This document shows positions 36,944-48,424 of a stretch of 64,000 bases of DNA, one piece after another; the stretch's first letter is position 1; every line of letters starts with the position of its first letter. Position numbers and translations under genes: made by a program. The notes beneath the pieces were generated by a model, which had not been told where the DNA came from, made no database searches, and saw nothing but the letters and a program-made list of their open reading frames with translations. This DNA is from Bacteroidota bacterium (GTDB taxonomy: Bacteria; Bacteroidota; Bacteroidia; UKL13-3), in the NCBI GenBank assembly GCA_030680835.1, contig JAUXUD010000021.1:13711-77710 (forward strand), in the 5' to 3' direction.

Positions 36944-39451
36944 ATGACAATAAAAGGTATGGTTCAAAAAACACTCAATTCAGCACAAAGGTGGTTTTTC
37001 ATATTTCTTTTAGGCCTGCTTACTTTTGCATCACAGGCTCAAACCAATAGCGTGGGCTCGCAAAACCTTTCACAAATTAAAGTTGATGATTTAAGTGATG
37101 AGCAGATATTAAATTTTTGGAAACAACTTAAAATAAAGGGATTTAGTATCGAAGATATTGAAAAGGAGGCATTTAAAAGAAAGATGCCTGTTTCAGAATT
37201 TGAAAAATTAAAGTTAAGAATTTCCAGCTTAGCACCAGATAAAGAGAAACCTGAAGAATCAGGCATTGAAGAAGATGAGTATGATGAGACCGTTGACAAA
37301 ACAAAAGCAGGGAAGTTTGAGCGGAAATTAATTGCTGAAAAAGAGTTTGATCAATTATTGCCCCGGGTTTTTGGAAGTGAGTTATTTAACAACAGGAAAT
37401 TAAGTTTTGAACCCAATTTAAAGATGGCTACCCCTTTAAATTATCAGCTGGGTCCGGGAGATGAACTGATTATTGATGTTTTTGGATACTCTGAAGAATC
37501 CTTTAAATTATTTGTAAGCAATGATGGTAGTATAAAAATCCCCAATATTGGAATAATCCATGTAAATGGTCTTACTATTGAGCAGGCTTCGGTGCGGATA
37601 AAGCAAAACCTATTAAAAGTATATAGCCGCATCAGTTCAGGGGAAACGCAGGTTAGCATTTCACTGGGTAATATTAGAAGTATAAAGGTAACCTTAATCG
37701 GAGAAGTTAATCTTCAGGGCACATATACATTACCTTCTTTGGCAACCGTGTTTAACGCATTATATGCTTCGGGAGGTCCAAACAGAAATGGGTCGCTCAG
37801 AAATATCAGGATTATTAGAAACAACAAAGTAATTGCCAATCTGGATGTTTATGAATTTATCAAGAATGGAATTGCAAAAGGAAATATTCGTTTGCAGGAC
37901 CAGGATATTATCAAAATCAATCCCTACGAAAAGAGGGTAGAGTTGAGGGGACAGGTAAAAAGAGAAGGTCTTTTTGAAGTAACCAAATCAGAGAATTTAA
38001 AGCAGGTTATTGAATTTGCAGGTGGATTTACCGACGATGCATACCGCGACCGGATTAAGGTAACCAGAAACAATCCGAAACAAAAAAGTGTGGCAGATGT
38101 ACCCTATGAATTAATGGAATTGTTTGAACCTAAAACAGGAGATATCTACCAGATTGACAAAATATTAAACCGCTTTGAAAACAGGGTGAGAATTGAAGGT
38201 TCGGTATTCAGGCCCGGTAACTATGCAATTGAAGAAGGATTAACTGCAAAAAAATTGATTGAGAAAGCGGAAGGACTTACTGAAGATGCCTTTTTAACAA
38301 GAGCAATTTTATACAGGTTAAGAGAAGATAATTCACTTGAAATGATTTCATTTAATCTGGAAGAATTGTTTAAGGGGGTTGAAAAAGATATACTTTTAAA
38401 AAGGGAAGATCAGATAATTATAGCTTCCAAAAAAGAACTTCAGAATAATTATGAGCTCACAATCATAGGAGAAGTACTGAAGCCTGGCAAATATAAGTTT
38501 GCTTCTAAAATGAAAATTGAGGATTTAATTGTAGCAGCAGGTGGATTTAAAGAGTCTGCTTCCTTTAAAAGAATAGAAGTTTCAAGGAGAATTGACAATG
38601 CTGATAAGTCAGTGTCCAACAGTGATATCGCAATTGTTGGAATTTATGATGTTGAAAAGGAATTGAGAAGTAACCCCGCAGCAGCATCGTTTGAATTAAG
38701 TCCATTTGATATTGTTACAGTATTTACTTCGCCGGGTTATGTTAAACAAAAAACAATTAACATCGAAGGAGAAGTTATGTATCCCGGAAGCTACACAATT
38801 ACTAAAAGCAATGAACGTATTTCGGATGTTATCAAAAGATGTGGTGGATTAACTGCAAATAGTTTTGTAGATGGAGCCATGTTGATCCGGGCTAAATCTA
38901 CAGGTTCGGTTTCTCAGGATATAAATAAAGTTAACAAAATAAGAGCATTAAAAAAGCAAAGTAAAGACACGGCTGAAGCCAAGGAAGAAATAGACCTGGA
39001 ATTAAATAAAGTAAACGATATAGTAGGAATTGATTTGAAAGAAATACTTAGAAACCCCGGCTCTGATGCTGATTTAATTGTGAGAGAAAACGATGTTATC
39101 AGAATTCCTGAGCTCAGGCAAACTGTATTGGTTTCGGGACAGGTCTTATACCCGGTAAATATCAGATACAGGAAATCGGCAGGATTTAAATCTTATGTTA
39201 ACGGTGCCGGAGGGTTTAGCTCTAAAGCATTAAAAAAGCGTTCATATATTGTTTATGCAAATGGTACGGCTAAGGCCACTAAACACTTTCTGTTCATTAA
39301 TTTCTTTCCTAAAGTAAGGCCGGGTGCAGAAATAGTAATACCTGTAAAGGAAGATAAAAAGCCATTATCAACGATAGAAGTCATTACCATAACAACAAGT
39401 TTAACCAGTATGTTTGTATTAATCATGACTTTTATGAACACAACAAAGTAA
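36944..39451 (+). CDS. polysaccharide export protein (Wza/BexD-like, multiple SLBB domains)
   Basis: Signal peptide, the Poly_export motif YQLGPGDELIIDVFG, several repeated soluble-ligand-binding beta-grasp-like units, and a C-terminal TM segment. Confidence 0.85.
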   Translation: MTIKGMVQKTLNSAQRWFFIFLLGLLTFASQAQTNSVGSQNLSQIKVDDLSDEQILNFWKQLKIKGFSIEDIEKEAFKRKMPVSEFEKLKLRISSLAPDKEKPEESGIEEDEYDETVDKTKAGKFERKLIAEKEFDQLLPRVFGSELFNNRKLSFEPNLKMATPLNYQLGPGDELIIDVFGYSEESFKLFVSNDGSIKIPNIGIIHVNGLTIEQASVRIKQNLLKVYSRISSGETQVSISLGNIRSIKVTLIGEVNLQGTYTLPSLATVFNALYASGGPNRNGSLRNIRIIRNNKVIANLDVYEFIKNGIAKGNIRLQDQDIIKINPYEKRVELRGQVKREGLFEVTKSENLKQVIEFAGGFTDDAYRDRIKVTRNNPKQKSVADVPYELMELFEPKTGDIYQIDKILNRFENRVRIEGSVFRPGNYAIEEGLTAKKLIEKAEGLTEDAFLTRAILYRLREDNSLEMISFNLEELFKGVEKDILLKREDQIIIASKKELQNNYELTIIGEVLKPGKYKFASKMKIEDLIVAAGGFKESASFKRIEVSRRIDNADKSVSNSDIAIVGIYDVEKELRSNPAAASFELSPFDIVTVFTSPGYVKQKTINIEGEVMYPGSYTITKSNERISDVIKRCGGLTANSFVDGAMLIRAKSTGSVSQDINKVNKIRALKKQSKDTAEAKEEIDLELNKVNDIVGIDLKEILRNPGSDADLIVRENDVIRIPELRQTVLVSGQVLYPVNIRYRKSAGFKSYVNGAGGFSSKALKKRSYIVYANGTAKATKHFLFINFFPKVRPGAEIVIPVKEDKKPLSTIEVITITTSLTSMFVLIMTFMNTTK

Positions 39452-39468
39452 TTAGTCATTTTAAAAGC

Positions 39469-40560
39469 ATGAAAGAAGTTCAATACATAAGTTTGAAGGA
39501 TATCTGGATTTTTATAGTGCACATACTTAAGTTTGCATTAAAAAAATGGAAGCTATTGCTTGTTGCGTGCGTAGCGGGTGGTATTTTAGGTTTTGCCTAT
39601 GCCTCTTTTCAGAAACCGATTTATCATGCAAGATTGAGCTTCCTGTTAAATGAAAATGAACAATCTCAGTCGTTAAACCTATCTTCTTTAGCAGGTATTG
39701 CAGGTATATCGGGAGTTTCCGGTGGTAATGTAAATGAAGAAAAATTACTTTTCATTGCGAATTCAAGGTTTCTTATTGGTACTGCATTGTTACAAGAGGC
39801 TGAAATAGGCGGGGTAAATAAATTGATGGTTAATCATTTCATTGATTTGTTTAATATAAGGGTGAGTTTTAAATCTGATACAGCTATCAAAGAATTTTCT
39901 TATTTCACACACAAGCGGCTTGAAGATTTAAGTTACACCGAAAACAAAGTCATGGATAAGATTTTGAAAGAAATTACTGAAGGGAAGCAATTTACCATTG
40001 ATTCGAAAAAAAAATCGGGAATCGTTTCACAAAATACAGGAATCATTATTTTGGAATACAAATCGGCGAATGAAGTGTTTGCAAAAACATTTCTCGAGAT
40101 TTTATATACCAATTTGAGTAAATATTATACAAACAAAACAATTTCTAGACAATTAAAAAACTATGCACTGATAAAAGAAAGGGCTGATTCGATTAAAGAA
40201 ATTTTGTTTAGCAAAGAAAACTATGGGGCTCAAATGCTCGACGATAATATCGGTATTATTAAAATGCAGGGCAGGATTGAAATTGAACGTAATAAAAGAG
40301 ACATTGAAATGTTAAGCCTGATGTATGGCGAAGTATTGAAAAACCTTGAGGTAGCTAAATTTGCATTGGAAAACCAAACGCCGGTTTTCCAGACAATAGA
40401 TATCCCAACGTATCCTCTGGAAAAGAAAAAAATGTCGAGGTTATATGCCGCCATATCGATTGCTGCCATTGCCGGTTTTTGTTTTTTTATCTGGCTTCTA
40501 ATAAAAAATTCCCAAACGGTATTGGGTAAAAATAAGATGAATCCGGAGGAGTTGCGTTAA
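39469..40560 (+). CDS. Wzz-like chain-length determinant protein (no kinase domain)
   Basis: 363 aa. Two TM segments (LLLVACVAGGILGFAYASF and AISIAAIAGFCFFIWLLI) flank a coiled periplasmic region. No Walker A motif. Confidence 0.7.
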   Translation: MKEVQYISLKDIWIFIVHILKFALKKWKLLLVACVAGGILGFAYASFQKPIYHARLSFLLNENEQSQSLNLSSLAGIAGISGVSGGNVNEEKLLFIANSRFLIGTALLQEAEIGGVNKLMVNHFIDLFNIRVSFKSDTAIKEFSYFTHKRLEDLSYTENKVMDKILKEITEGKQFTIDSKKKSGIVSQNTGIIILEYKSANEVFAKTFLEILYTNLSKYYTNKTISRQLKNYALIKERADSIKEILFSKENYGAQMLDDNIGIIKMQGRIEIERNKRDIEMLSLMYGEVLKNLEVAKFALENQTPVFQTIDIPTYPLEKKKMSRLYAAISIAAIAGFCFFIWLLIKNSQTVLGKNKMNPEELR

Positions 40561-40651
40561 TATAAATCAGTTAGAATTTAATCGAACACGCATTATAAAA
40601 TGATGGTTTATCTGTTCCGGATTTGTTTGAGTTAAAATTCACTTTTTATCA

Positions 40652-41983
40652 ATGTCTATTAAACGAAATATAACACTTAGCTATGCTATACAAATAATTA
40701 ATACCGGGCTAACTTTTGCCGCATCCGTATTTATTACCAGGATATTGGGTACAGAGGGCAGGGGTGAATTTGCCGTTTATTCGAACGCCCTTGTAATTGC
40801 ATCCATTTGGCTTGGATTCAGCCTTCCAAGCAGCATCGTTTATTTCGTAAGCAGCAAGAAATTAAATCCCGGTAAGATGCTTACTACCATGTTATGGTTT
40901 TGTTTAACAACCACAATCCTGGTTACATTGACGATTATGCTGTTAATTCATGAAAAAAAAACATGGCTTATTTTTCCTGAAAACTATAAAAATTATTTTT
41001 GGATCGGGTTGTTTATCGTTCAGTTTTTTCTGGCTCAGGTAAATTCAGTGTTAAACGCATTTTTAAATGCGCGTAAGGTATTTATACCACAGGCTGTTTT
41101 TGGCAGTATTGTCACTGCAATCAGCGTTATTGTATGGTTATTACTATACTTTAAAATAATACATGTTCCCTACACGGGTTTTGCGATAGTGGTATTGATA
41201 ACTTTTTTATTCAGTTTGCCACCTATTTTATGGAATTTATTTTTGTTAAACACAGTAAGCAAAATTGATTTTACCTTTAAAATAATCGATTTTAAGAGTT
41301 TTATGGTAATACTAAAATTTGCATTAATTGCGTACGCCTGTAATGCAATTCAAATTTTGAGTTATCGTATGGATTTATGGTTTGTTGATTATTATCACGG
41401 AAAATCCGAAACCGGAATTTATTCCCTGGCAGTTAGTTTGGCTCAGTTAATCTGGATATTACCCAATACCATGTCGGGAGTTCTTTTGACATATCTTAGT
41501 GGCAGCACAAGGGACGAAGCAATAGCTGTAACATTAAAATACGCACGCCTTGCTATTTACAGCAGCCTGTTGTTTGCAGTATTTTGTTCGATTGTATTTT
41601 ATTTTGCCATTCCGCTTGTTTTTGGGAGTGAATTTGAGTTTACAAGAATACTGATCATACTATTATTTACCGGGATAGTTCCATTTAGCATTACTACAAT
41701 TTTAGCCACCTTTAACGCTTCCATTAATAAACCCGTTTATAACTTATGGACAACACTCTGGGGTTTTGTATTTGCACTCGTATTTTATGTATTATTAATC
41801 CCCAGAATAGGTTCCATGGGTGCAGCTATTGCTTCGTCCATATCTTATAATGCATGTAATGTTTATATCTTTTATAAGTTTTACAAAACTACCCAACAAA
41901 AAATATGGTTATTGCTTCCTTTAAAAGCAGACTATATTAATTTTAAGTTTCAAGTTTCTAATTATTTTGCCAAAAAACAATGA
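40652..41983 (+). CDS. wzx: polysaccharide flippase (MOP / Wzx family)
   Basis: 443 aa with about 12-14 TM segments, located in a polysaccharide locus. Confidence 0.8.
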   Translation: MSIKRNITLSYAIQIINTGLTFAASVFITRILGTEGRGEFAVYSNALVIASIWLGFSLPSSIVYFVSSKKLNPGKMLTTMLWFCLTTTILVTLTIMLLIHEKKTWLIFPENYKNYFWIGLFIVQFFLAQVNSVLNAFLNARKVFIPQAVFGSIVTAISVIVWLLLYFKIIHVPYTGFAIVVLITFLFSLPPILWNLFLLNTVSKIDFTFKIIDFKSFMVILKFALIAYACNAIQILSYRMDLWFVDYYHGKSETGIYSLAVSLAQLIWILPNTMSGVLLTYLSGSTRDEAIAVTLKYARLAIYSSLLFAVFCSIVFYFAIPLVFGSEFEFTRILIILLFTGIVPFSITTILATFNASINKPVYNLWTTLWGFVFALVFYVLLIPRIGSMGAAIASSISYNACNVYIFYKFYKTTQQKIWLLLPLKADYINFKFQVSNYFAKKQ

Positions 41984-42846
41984 ATAAACCGTTTTCATTT
42001 TATCTAATGTTTAAAATACCCTATTTAAGAGGATGGTATTTTAAATACCGAACAAACTGGATTGACAAAAATCAAAATGCAGAAATAGAAACACGAATCA
42101 TTAATCATATAAAGGTGTTTTTAACTTTAAAAGACTGGGTTCAAAGAAATTTATTTATTTATGGTTATTATGAATTGGCTGAAACAGGTTTTTGGATAAA
42201 TCTGGTTGAAAATAAAAAAGTTGTTTTCGATATTGGTGCAAACATCGGCTATTACAGTTTACTGGCCTCTAAAAACATGGATGACAATGCTTTAATATAT
42301 GCATTCGAACCTATACATAAAACTTATTCACGTGCCAAATACAATATTGAACTTAACGGATTTAAGAATATTCTATTAAATAAACTGGCATTATCTGCTC
42401 AGGATGGGTATTTGGAAATTAATGTTGGAAATGATGAAAACTGGGGGATGTCAAGTATAACAAAACATAATTACTTGTCGGAAAAAACGGAAAGGGTAGA
42501 ATCTCAAAAACTGGATACTTTTGTTTTGAAAAACAAGATTACGGAAATTGATTTAATAAAAATTGATGTAGAAGGCAGTGAATATTTTGTTTTGAAAGGA
42601 ATGCAGGTAACCCTTCAGCAATTCAGACCCGTTGTTTTAATTGAAGTACTGGATGAGCATCTCATGAATGCGAATACTTCTAAGGAGGAAATTTTTAATT
42701 TATTCTGGAAACAGCAATACAAAGCGTATAAAATTTTAAACAGCACGGAATTGGTTGAACTGCCTGAACCGGTTTCATATGATGGACTTATCTGTTTTCA
42801 TCCGAATGAAAAACCTTTTGATCAATTTATCCGGGTAAATTCATGA
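41980..42846 (+). CDS. FkbM-family methyltransferase
   Basis: VFDIGANIGYYS SAM-binding motif and IKIDVEGSEYFVLKG. ATGA overlap with wzx. Confidence 0.8.
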   Translation: MNKPFSFYLMFKIPYLRGWYFKYRTNWIDKNQNAEIETRIINHIKVFLTLKDWVQRNLFIYGYYELAETGFWINLVENKKVVFDIGANIGYYSLLASKNMDDNALIYAFEPIHKTYSRAKYNIELNGFKNILLNKLALSAQDGYLEINVGNDENWGMSSITKHNYLSEKTERVESQKLDTFVLKNKITEIDLIKIDVEGSEYFVLKGMQVTLQQFRPVVLIEVLDEHLMNANTSKEEIFNLFWKQQYKAYKILNSTELVELPEPVSYDGLICFHPNEKPFDQFIRVNS

Positions 42847-44021
42847 AAAAGGCTGTTGTACATCTTCCTTCCTGGTTTCCATGCAAAACCTCAGCCCTTA
42901 GCGGGATTTTTATCAGGAAACAGATCGAGGCATTAAATAGTTTTGATGATTATGAACATATTGTGCTGATTTGGCATGATACGGCAGATACACGTTTACG
43001 AAGTCCATTTACCTTTGTAACATCTTTTCTGAATTTATTAAAGAAGGATGAAATTTGGGAGGAAAATTCGGTTATTTACTATAAGTTCCATTATTTTAAG
43101 ACGAATGAAATATATTTTGGCAGCAATGAAACAAGATTGTTCAGCCGGATCAAAAAAATAATTTTAAAACTTCAAAAGCAAAAGAAAATTGAACTTATTC
43201 ATGCACATATTAGTTTTCCTGCCGGTTTTTTTGCTGAGAGATTAAAGCGCGATTTACTTATTCCATACATAATCAGTGAACATATGTCGCCCTTTCCATT
43301 TGAACATTTGGTTTATGATATACAGAATACTATTATTAGTCCTGTAAAAAACTCCGGAAAAATCATTGCAGTGAGCAATGATCATCGTAATGAAATTAAA
43401 AGGATAACGGGAGTAGATCCCATTGTAATACCCAATGTGGTTGATGAACGGGAATTTCACTTAACGGAATCTAAGAAAAATACCGGAAGTTTCCGGTTTT
43501 TGTTGATAGGATTATTAAAAGAACAAAAAGGTATTGATATTTTACTAAATGCTGTTAAAATTATTAAAGATAGAAACAGGAGAAATTTTACTGTGAAAAT
43601 AGGCGGAAGCGGAGAAATTGTAAATAGTTTAAAATTACTTATTCACGACCTTAAAATAGAAAATTATATTGAATGGTTGGGCGAGGTAAACAGGGAACAT
43701 ATTTGTGATATTTATGCAGATTGCGATTCATTTGTAAGCTCCAGCAGGCATGAATCTTTTGGCGTTGCAATTGTTGAAGCCCTGGCTTGTGGAAAGCCTG
43801 TAATTTCTACCAGAAGTGGAGGGCCGGAAGATATTATTAATGAAACAAATGGAATTCTTGTTGCAAAAGAAGATCCGATTGCCCTGGCAGAAGGGATGGA
43901 ATGGATGATGGATCATATTGGTAAGTTTGAACCGTCCAGAATCCGTGAAGATTATTTGAAAAAATATTCCAGAGAAGTAATAGCAACAGCTTATCTTAAA
44001 GTTTATAATGAAATAATTTAG
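42843..44021 (+). CDS. glycosyltransferase family 4 (GT-B)
   Basis: C-terminal E-x7-E region SSRHESFGVAIVEALACGKPVI. ATGA overlap with the upstream gene. Confidence 0.85.
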   Translation: MKKAVVHLPSWFPCKTSALSGIFIRKQIEALNSFDDYEHIVLIWHDTADTRLRSPFTFVTSFLNLLKKDEIWEENSVIYYKFHYFKTNEIYFGSNETRLFSRIKKIILKLQKQKKIELIHAHISFPAGFFAERLKRDLLIPYIISEHMSPFPFEHLVYDIQNTIISPVKNSGKIIAVSNDHRNEIKRITGVDPIVIPNVVDEREFHLTESKKNTGSFRFLLIGLLKEQKGIDILLNAVKIIKDRNRRNFTVKIGGSGEIVNSLKLLIHDLKIENYIEWLGEVNREHICDIYADCDSFVSSSRHESFGVAIVEALACGKPVISTRSGGPEDIINETNGILVAKEDPIALAEGMEWMMDHIGKFEPSRIREDYLKKYSREVIATAYLKVYNEII

Positions 44022-44068
44022 TATTTTTCGGGTTTTAAATCTTAAACATATATACATCAGGTGGTTTT

Positions 44069-45205
44069 ATGGGTAAAAAAAATGTGTTGATTATTTCTCT
44101 TTTTCCATTACATAACGGACCCAGGATAATAAGGGAAATTGATATTTTAAAACTCAAATATAATATTACTGCAGTAGGTGCAAGTGCACCTCATGACCCG
44201 ACTATTGAATATTACCCGCTTGTAAAATACGATTATTCAATCGCTGACAAAATATTCAGAAAACTATATAGAATAATTACAGGAAACTTATATACAGGAA
44301 TTTCTTTTTATATTGATAGGCAATTTCAAAATTTAATAAATAAAGTAAAACCAGACTATGTGATAATACACAGCCCGGTTCATCTTCCTTATTTTTTAAG
44401 AAGCAGAATCCGAAAATATAAAGTTATTTTTAACGCACATGAATATCATCCGTTGGAATTTGACGAAAACGGGACCTGGTTGAAATTATGGGGTAAATAC
44501 TATTATCAATTGTACCGAAAATTTCTCCCCAGGGTAGATTTATTAATTAATGTTTGTAAAAGCATATCTGAAAAATGTGAAGCGGAATTTGGAAAGTCAT
44601 CTTTGATAATACCAAATGCGTCCGGTTATCAGCCCCACTTAACACCTTCAGCTACCAATGCCCCCGGGCCGGTAAAAATAATACATCATGGAGGTGCTAA
44701 TAGAGAACGAAAGATTGAAATCATGATAGAAGCGGCTCAAATACTTGGACAAAACTATCAACTGGATCTGATGTTGACCTCATCGCATGAAGAATACTAT
44801 TCAGACTTAATAAAAAAGGCAGAAAAATCAAGCAATGTTAAAATAATAAATCCGGTACCTTTTGATAAAATAATTCCCATTATTAATCAATATGATATTG
44901 GTTTGTTCAATCTGCCGCCGACCAGTTATAATTATAAAGTAGCTTTGCCCAATAAATTATTCGAATTTATACAGGCACGACTCTGTATTGTAGTTAGCCC
45001 TTCAATTGAGATGGCTCAATTGGTACAACAATATCATTTGGGAGTGGTTAGCTCCGACTATACTGCCGCAGGGATTGCAGATGCAATAAAAAAATTATCT
45101 TTCGCAGATATTGAACAGTATAAAAAAAATTCAGATATGGCTGCCTTTGAATTATCGGCAGAAAAATACATGTCTGAATTTTTAAAAGCAATGGAAACGA
45201 TTTAA
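44069..45205 (+). CDS. putative glycosyltransferase (GT-B-like, family uncertain)
   Basis: 378 aa, with LPNKLFEFIQARLCIVVS resembling the C-terminal acceptor/donor loop of GT4-like enzymes. Locus context supports the call. Confidence 0.55.
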   Translation: MGKKNVLIISLFPLHNGPRIIREIDILKLKYNITAVGASAPHDPTIEYYPLVKYDYSIADKIFRKLYRIITGNLYTGISFYIDRQFQNLINKVKPDYVIIHSPVHLPYFLRSRIRKYKVIFNAHEYHPLEFDENGTWLKLWGKYYYQLYRKFLPRVDLLINVCKSISEKCEAEFGKSSLIIPNASGYQPHLTPSATNAPGPVKIIHHGGANRERKIEIMIEAAQILGQNYQLDLMLTSSHEEYYSDLIKKAEKSSNVKIINPVPFDKIIPIINQYDIGLFNLPPTSYNYKVALPNKLFEFIQARLCIVVSPSIEMAQLVQQYHLGVVSSDYTAAGIADAIKKLSFADIEQYKKNSDMAAFELSAEKYMSEFLKAMETI

Positions 45206-45227
45206 TAGTTTAACTTTGTGAAATTTT

Positions 45228-47105
45228 ATGTGTGGAATAGCCGGTATATTAAGTTTGAATCCGAATGAGGTTACGCAGATTCGTTTAAAGAAAATGACTG
45301 ACTGCATCGCCCACCGGGGGCCTGACGGAGAAGGTCAGTGGATTAGTGAAGACAGCAAGGTGGGATTTGGCCACCGCAGGTTGTCAATCATAGATTTGAG
45401 TGAACATGCCAGACAACCTATGCATTATATGAACCGGTATACCATTACCTATAATGGCGAAATATACAATTATATAGAGTTAAGGGATCGTTTGTTAAAG
45501 GAGGGTTATTCTTTTGAAACCTCATCAGATACTGAAGTATTAATGGCGTTATATGATCGGGATAAGGAAAAATGCTTGAAATCACTTGATGGTATGTTTG
45601 CTTTTGCCATATACGATGCCAAAGAAAAAACAGTTTTTTGCGCCCGTGACCGGTTTGGTGAAAAGCCATTTCATTACTACTATGAAAAAGGAAAATGTTT
45701 CATATTCGGTTCTGAAATGAAAGAAATATGGGCTGCAGGAATCGAAAGGAAAATTTACGATCCCATGCTTTTTAATTATTTACATTATGGACTTTTGGGA
45801 AATCCGGAAAATCAGGCAGAAACATTTTTTGAAAATATAAAACGTCTGGAACAATCGCATTTTATCATGTTACGGCTCGACAATTTTAAAATGCAGATAC
45901 ATCGTTACTGGGATATTAATCTGGCCGGTAAAAATAAATTGATAAGTCTTGAAGCTGCTTCAGAAAAATTCAGGGAATTATTTTTTACTTCTGTCAAAAG
46001 GAGATTGCGTTCCGATGTCCCGGTTGGCAGCAGCTTGTCAGGAGGCCTGGACAGTTCGCTTGTTGTTTGCGTGATTGATGAGCTGAACCAAAACAACTCA
46101 ATCAGGCAAAAAACATTTTCTGCTCAATTCCCGGGATACGAAAAAAATGAAGCACATTTTCAACAAATTGTCATTGATAAAACAAAATCGGATGCGTATT
46201 TCAGCTATCCGGATTCGGATGTGATGATGAATGAGATTGACAAGGTATTTTATCATCAGGAAGAACCATTTGGATCAGCCAGTATTATTGCCCAGTATGA
46301 GGTTTTTAAACTTGCCAAACAACATAATGTAACTGTATTACTCGACGGACAAGGTGCAGATGAATATCTGGCAGGTTACCATCCATACTTTGAGTATTTT
46401 TTTATGGAACTGAAAAAAAATAAAAGAGAATATAAACATCAATGGGACGCTTATACTACACTACACCAAAATAGCCCATTTAACCCGGTTTTCAGAAAAG
46501 GTTTTAAATATTATCTCAGGTCCAAATTTCATCCGGTTATTTTCAACTTTTTTAAAAGCGTTAATAAATCAATTACACAAAACACCGAGGGGTTGTCTGA
46601 CTCTTTTTTTAGAGCAAACAAATCAAACCTGTATCATATTGATGTAAATTTTCACAAACTGGACCTTATGCTTAAAAGAAGCATGCTAGGCGGAGGTTTG
46701 CAGGAACTGTTAAGGTATGCAGACAGAAATTCTATGGCACATTCGCGTGAAGTGAGACTGCCATTTTTAAACCACGAATTGGTTGAGTTTGTATTTACTT
46801 TACCTGCCAACTATATTATTAATGAAGGCTGGACTAAATATATCATGCGCAAAGCCTTTGCTCATTTGTTGCCCAGTCAAATTTGTTGGCGAACGGATAA
46901 GTTAGGATATGAACCTCCTCAAAAAAAATGGATGGAATCGGGAGTAATGAAGGAAATTATTCATGAAAACAGAAAATTCCTGGTGGGTAAAGGCATTTTG
47001 GATAAATCCATTTTAAGCAAGGAAATAAAAGGAGTTACAGCACATGAAAAAGGCGATAACAGTTGGGGAATTTTGATGGCCGGGAAGCTATTATCCAATC
47101 AATAA
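45228..47105 (+). CDS. asnB: asparagine synthase (glutamine-hydrolysing)-like amidotransferase
   Basis: Ntn nucleophile MCGIAGI, RGPDG, and the PP-loop SLSGGLDSS. Confidence 0.9.
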   Translation: MCGIAGILSLNPNEVTQIRLKKMTDCIAHRGPDGEGQWISEDSKVGFGHRRLSIIDLSEHARQPMHYMNRYTITYNGEIYNYIELRDRLLKEGYSFETSSDTEVLMALYDRDKEKCLKSLDGMFAFAIYDAKEKTVFCARDRFGEKPFHYYYEKGKCFIFGSEMKEIWAAGIERKIYDPMLFNYLHYGLLGNPENQAETFFENIKRLEQSHFIMLRLDNFKMQIHRYWDINLAGKNKLISLEAASEKFRELFFTSVKRRLRSDVPVGSSLSGGLDSSLVVCVIDELNQNNSIRQKTFSAQFPGYEKNEAHFQQIVIDKTKSDAYFSYPDSDVMMNEIDKVFYHQEEPFGSASIIAQYEVFKLAKQHNVTVLLDGQGADEYLAGYHPYFEYFFMELKKNKREYKHQWDAYTTLHQNSPFNPVFRKGFKYYLRSKFHPVIFNFFKSVNKSITQNTEGLSDSFFRANKSNLYHIDVNFHKLDLMLKRSMLGGGLQELLRYADRNSMAHSREVRLPFLNHELVEFVFTLPANYIINEGWTKYIMRKAFAHLLPSQICWRTDKLGYEPPQKKWMESGVMKEIIHENRKFLVGKGILDKSILSKEIKGVTAHEKGDNSWGILMAGKLLSNQ

Positions 47106-47113
47106 AAAATTTG

Positions 47114-48424
47114 ATGCACATACTAATTATATCACATTATTATCCACCTTTAAATTCTATAGCTTCTCTGAGGCCATACTTTTTTGCTAAAATATTTGCA
47201 GAAAATAAAGCTGAAGTAACAGTTATTACAACTAAAAAAAATAGCCGTGATGGTCACCTGGATTTAACGTTTCCCTTAACAAAAAATGTAAATGTAATTG
47301 AGATTGATTATATGCCCCTGTTTTTTTGGAAAAAAAGAACCGCGTTAGGTGAAAATAGTTCATTGATTGATCCTCAAAAAAATTTCAACAAAAAAGGCAA
47401 AAATAAACTGAAAGAATTTTTAAAATCCATTGCAGATTCATTCGGCTCTTTGCTGGACCATCAGACATTTTGGAAAACTAAAGCTTTTTTGGCAGCAAGA
47501 AAAGTGAATGGTGAAAAGAAAATAGATATTGTTATCAGTACATTTTCGCCAATAGCATGTCATTTGGTCGCATATAAACTTATAAAAAGTAATCCGGATA
47601 TCAAGTGGATTGCAGATTACAGAGACTTATGGTCGTTGAACCATTTTAGAACGGGTAAATTTGTATTTAACTGGATTGAAAAGCAACTCGAAAGAAGAAT
47701 TCTTAAAAAGGCATCCCATATAACAACGGTTTCTGAACCCCTTGCGCAGCAATTAAGTGAATTTACCTATGGAGCTAAACCTGTTTCAATTATTTATAAT
47801 GGATATGACCGGGAAAGAAAAAATAAAAATCTGAATGATGTGCAATTAAACAATCCAATAAGAATTGTATATACAGGAACCATATACCAGGGAAAAAGTG
47901 ACCCATCACCGCTTTTCCATGCCTTGAATTTGTTAGCAGAAAAAGGAGTTTTAAAAAAAGGCGAACTTATTGTTGAATTTTATGGAAGCTTGCTGGGAAA
48001 TCTGGAAGAAATTATTGTTAATTGCAGTGCATCGGAATGGGCGGTAATAAAAGGCCATGTTGCACCTCCGGAAATAGCAAAAATTCAGGAAGAATGTGAT
48101 TTTTTATTATTTCTTTGGTCAAACGAAGGGAAAAGGGATGGCGTATTAACGGGCAAATTATTTGAATATATTTCGAGTAATACACCCATTATGGCAATTG
48201 GAATCGATGATAAAAGCAGTGCCGCAGAATTGATATCAGAAACAAAAACCGGCTTTATATTTGAAAACAACGTTCAATTAATTGCAGATTTTCTGGAGCA
48301 CGTGAAACAGAATCCTGAAAACCTGGTTTATAATCCTGACTGGAATGCAATTGAATCCTACTCAAGACAAAAACAGGCCTTGAAATTATTTGAAATAGCA
48401 AAATCATTAAATCATCTTTCATGA
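47114..48424 (+). CDS. glycosyltransferase (GT4-like)
   Basis: MHILIISHYYPP N-terminus typical of GT4/WbuB-like enzymes, and GKLFEYISSNTPIMAIG near the C-terminus. The ATG at 47114 is preferred over the ORF-track start at 47063. Confidence 0.75.
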   Translation: MHILIISHYYPPLNSIASLRPYFFAKIFAENKAEVTVITTKKNSRDGHLDLTFPLTKNVNVIEIDYMPLFFWKKRTALGENSSLIDPQKNFNKKGKNKLKEFLKSIADSFGSLLDHQTFWKTKAFLAARKVNGEKKIDIVISTFSPIACHLVAYKLIKSNPDIKWIADYRDLWSLNHFRTGKFVFNWIEKQLERRILKKASHITTVSEPLAQQLSEFTYGAKPVSIIYNGYDRERKNKNLNDVQLNNPIRIVYTGTIYQGKSDPSPLFHALNLLAEKGVLKKGELIVEFYGSLLGNLEEIIVNCSASEWAVIKGHVAPPEIAKIQEECDFLLFLWSNEGKRDGVLTGKLFEYISSNTPIMAIGIDDKSSAAELISETKTGFIFENNVQLIADFLEHVKQNPENLVYNPDWNAIESYSRQKQALKLFEIAKSLNHLS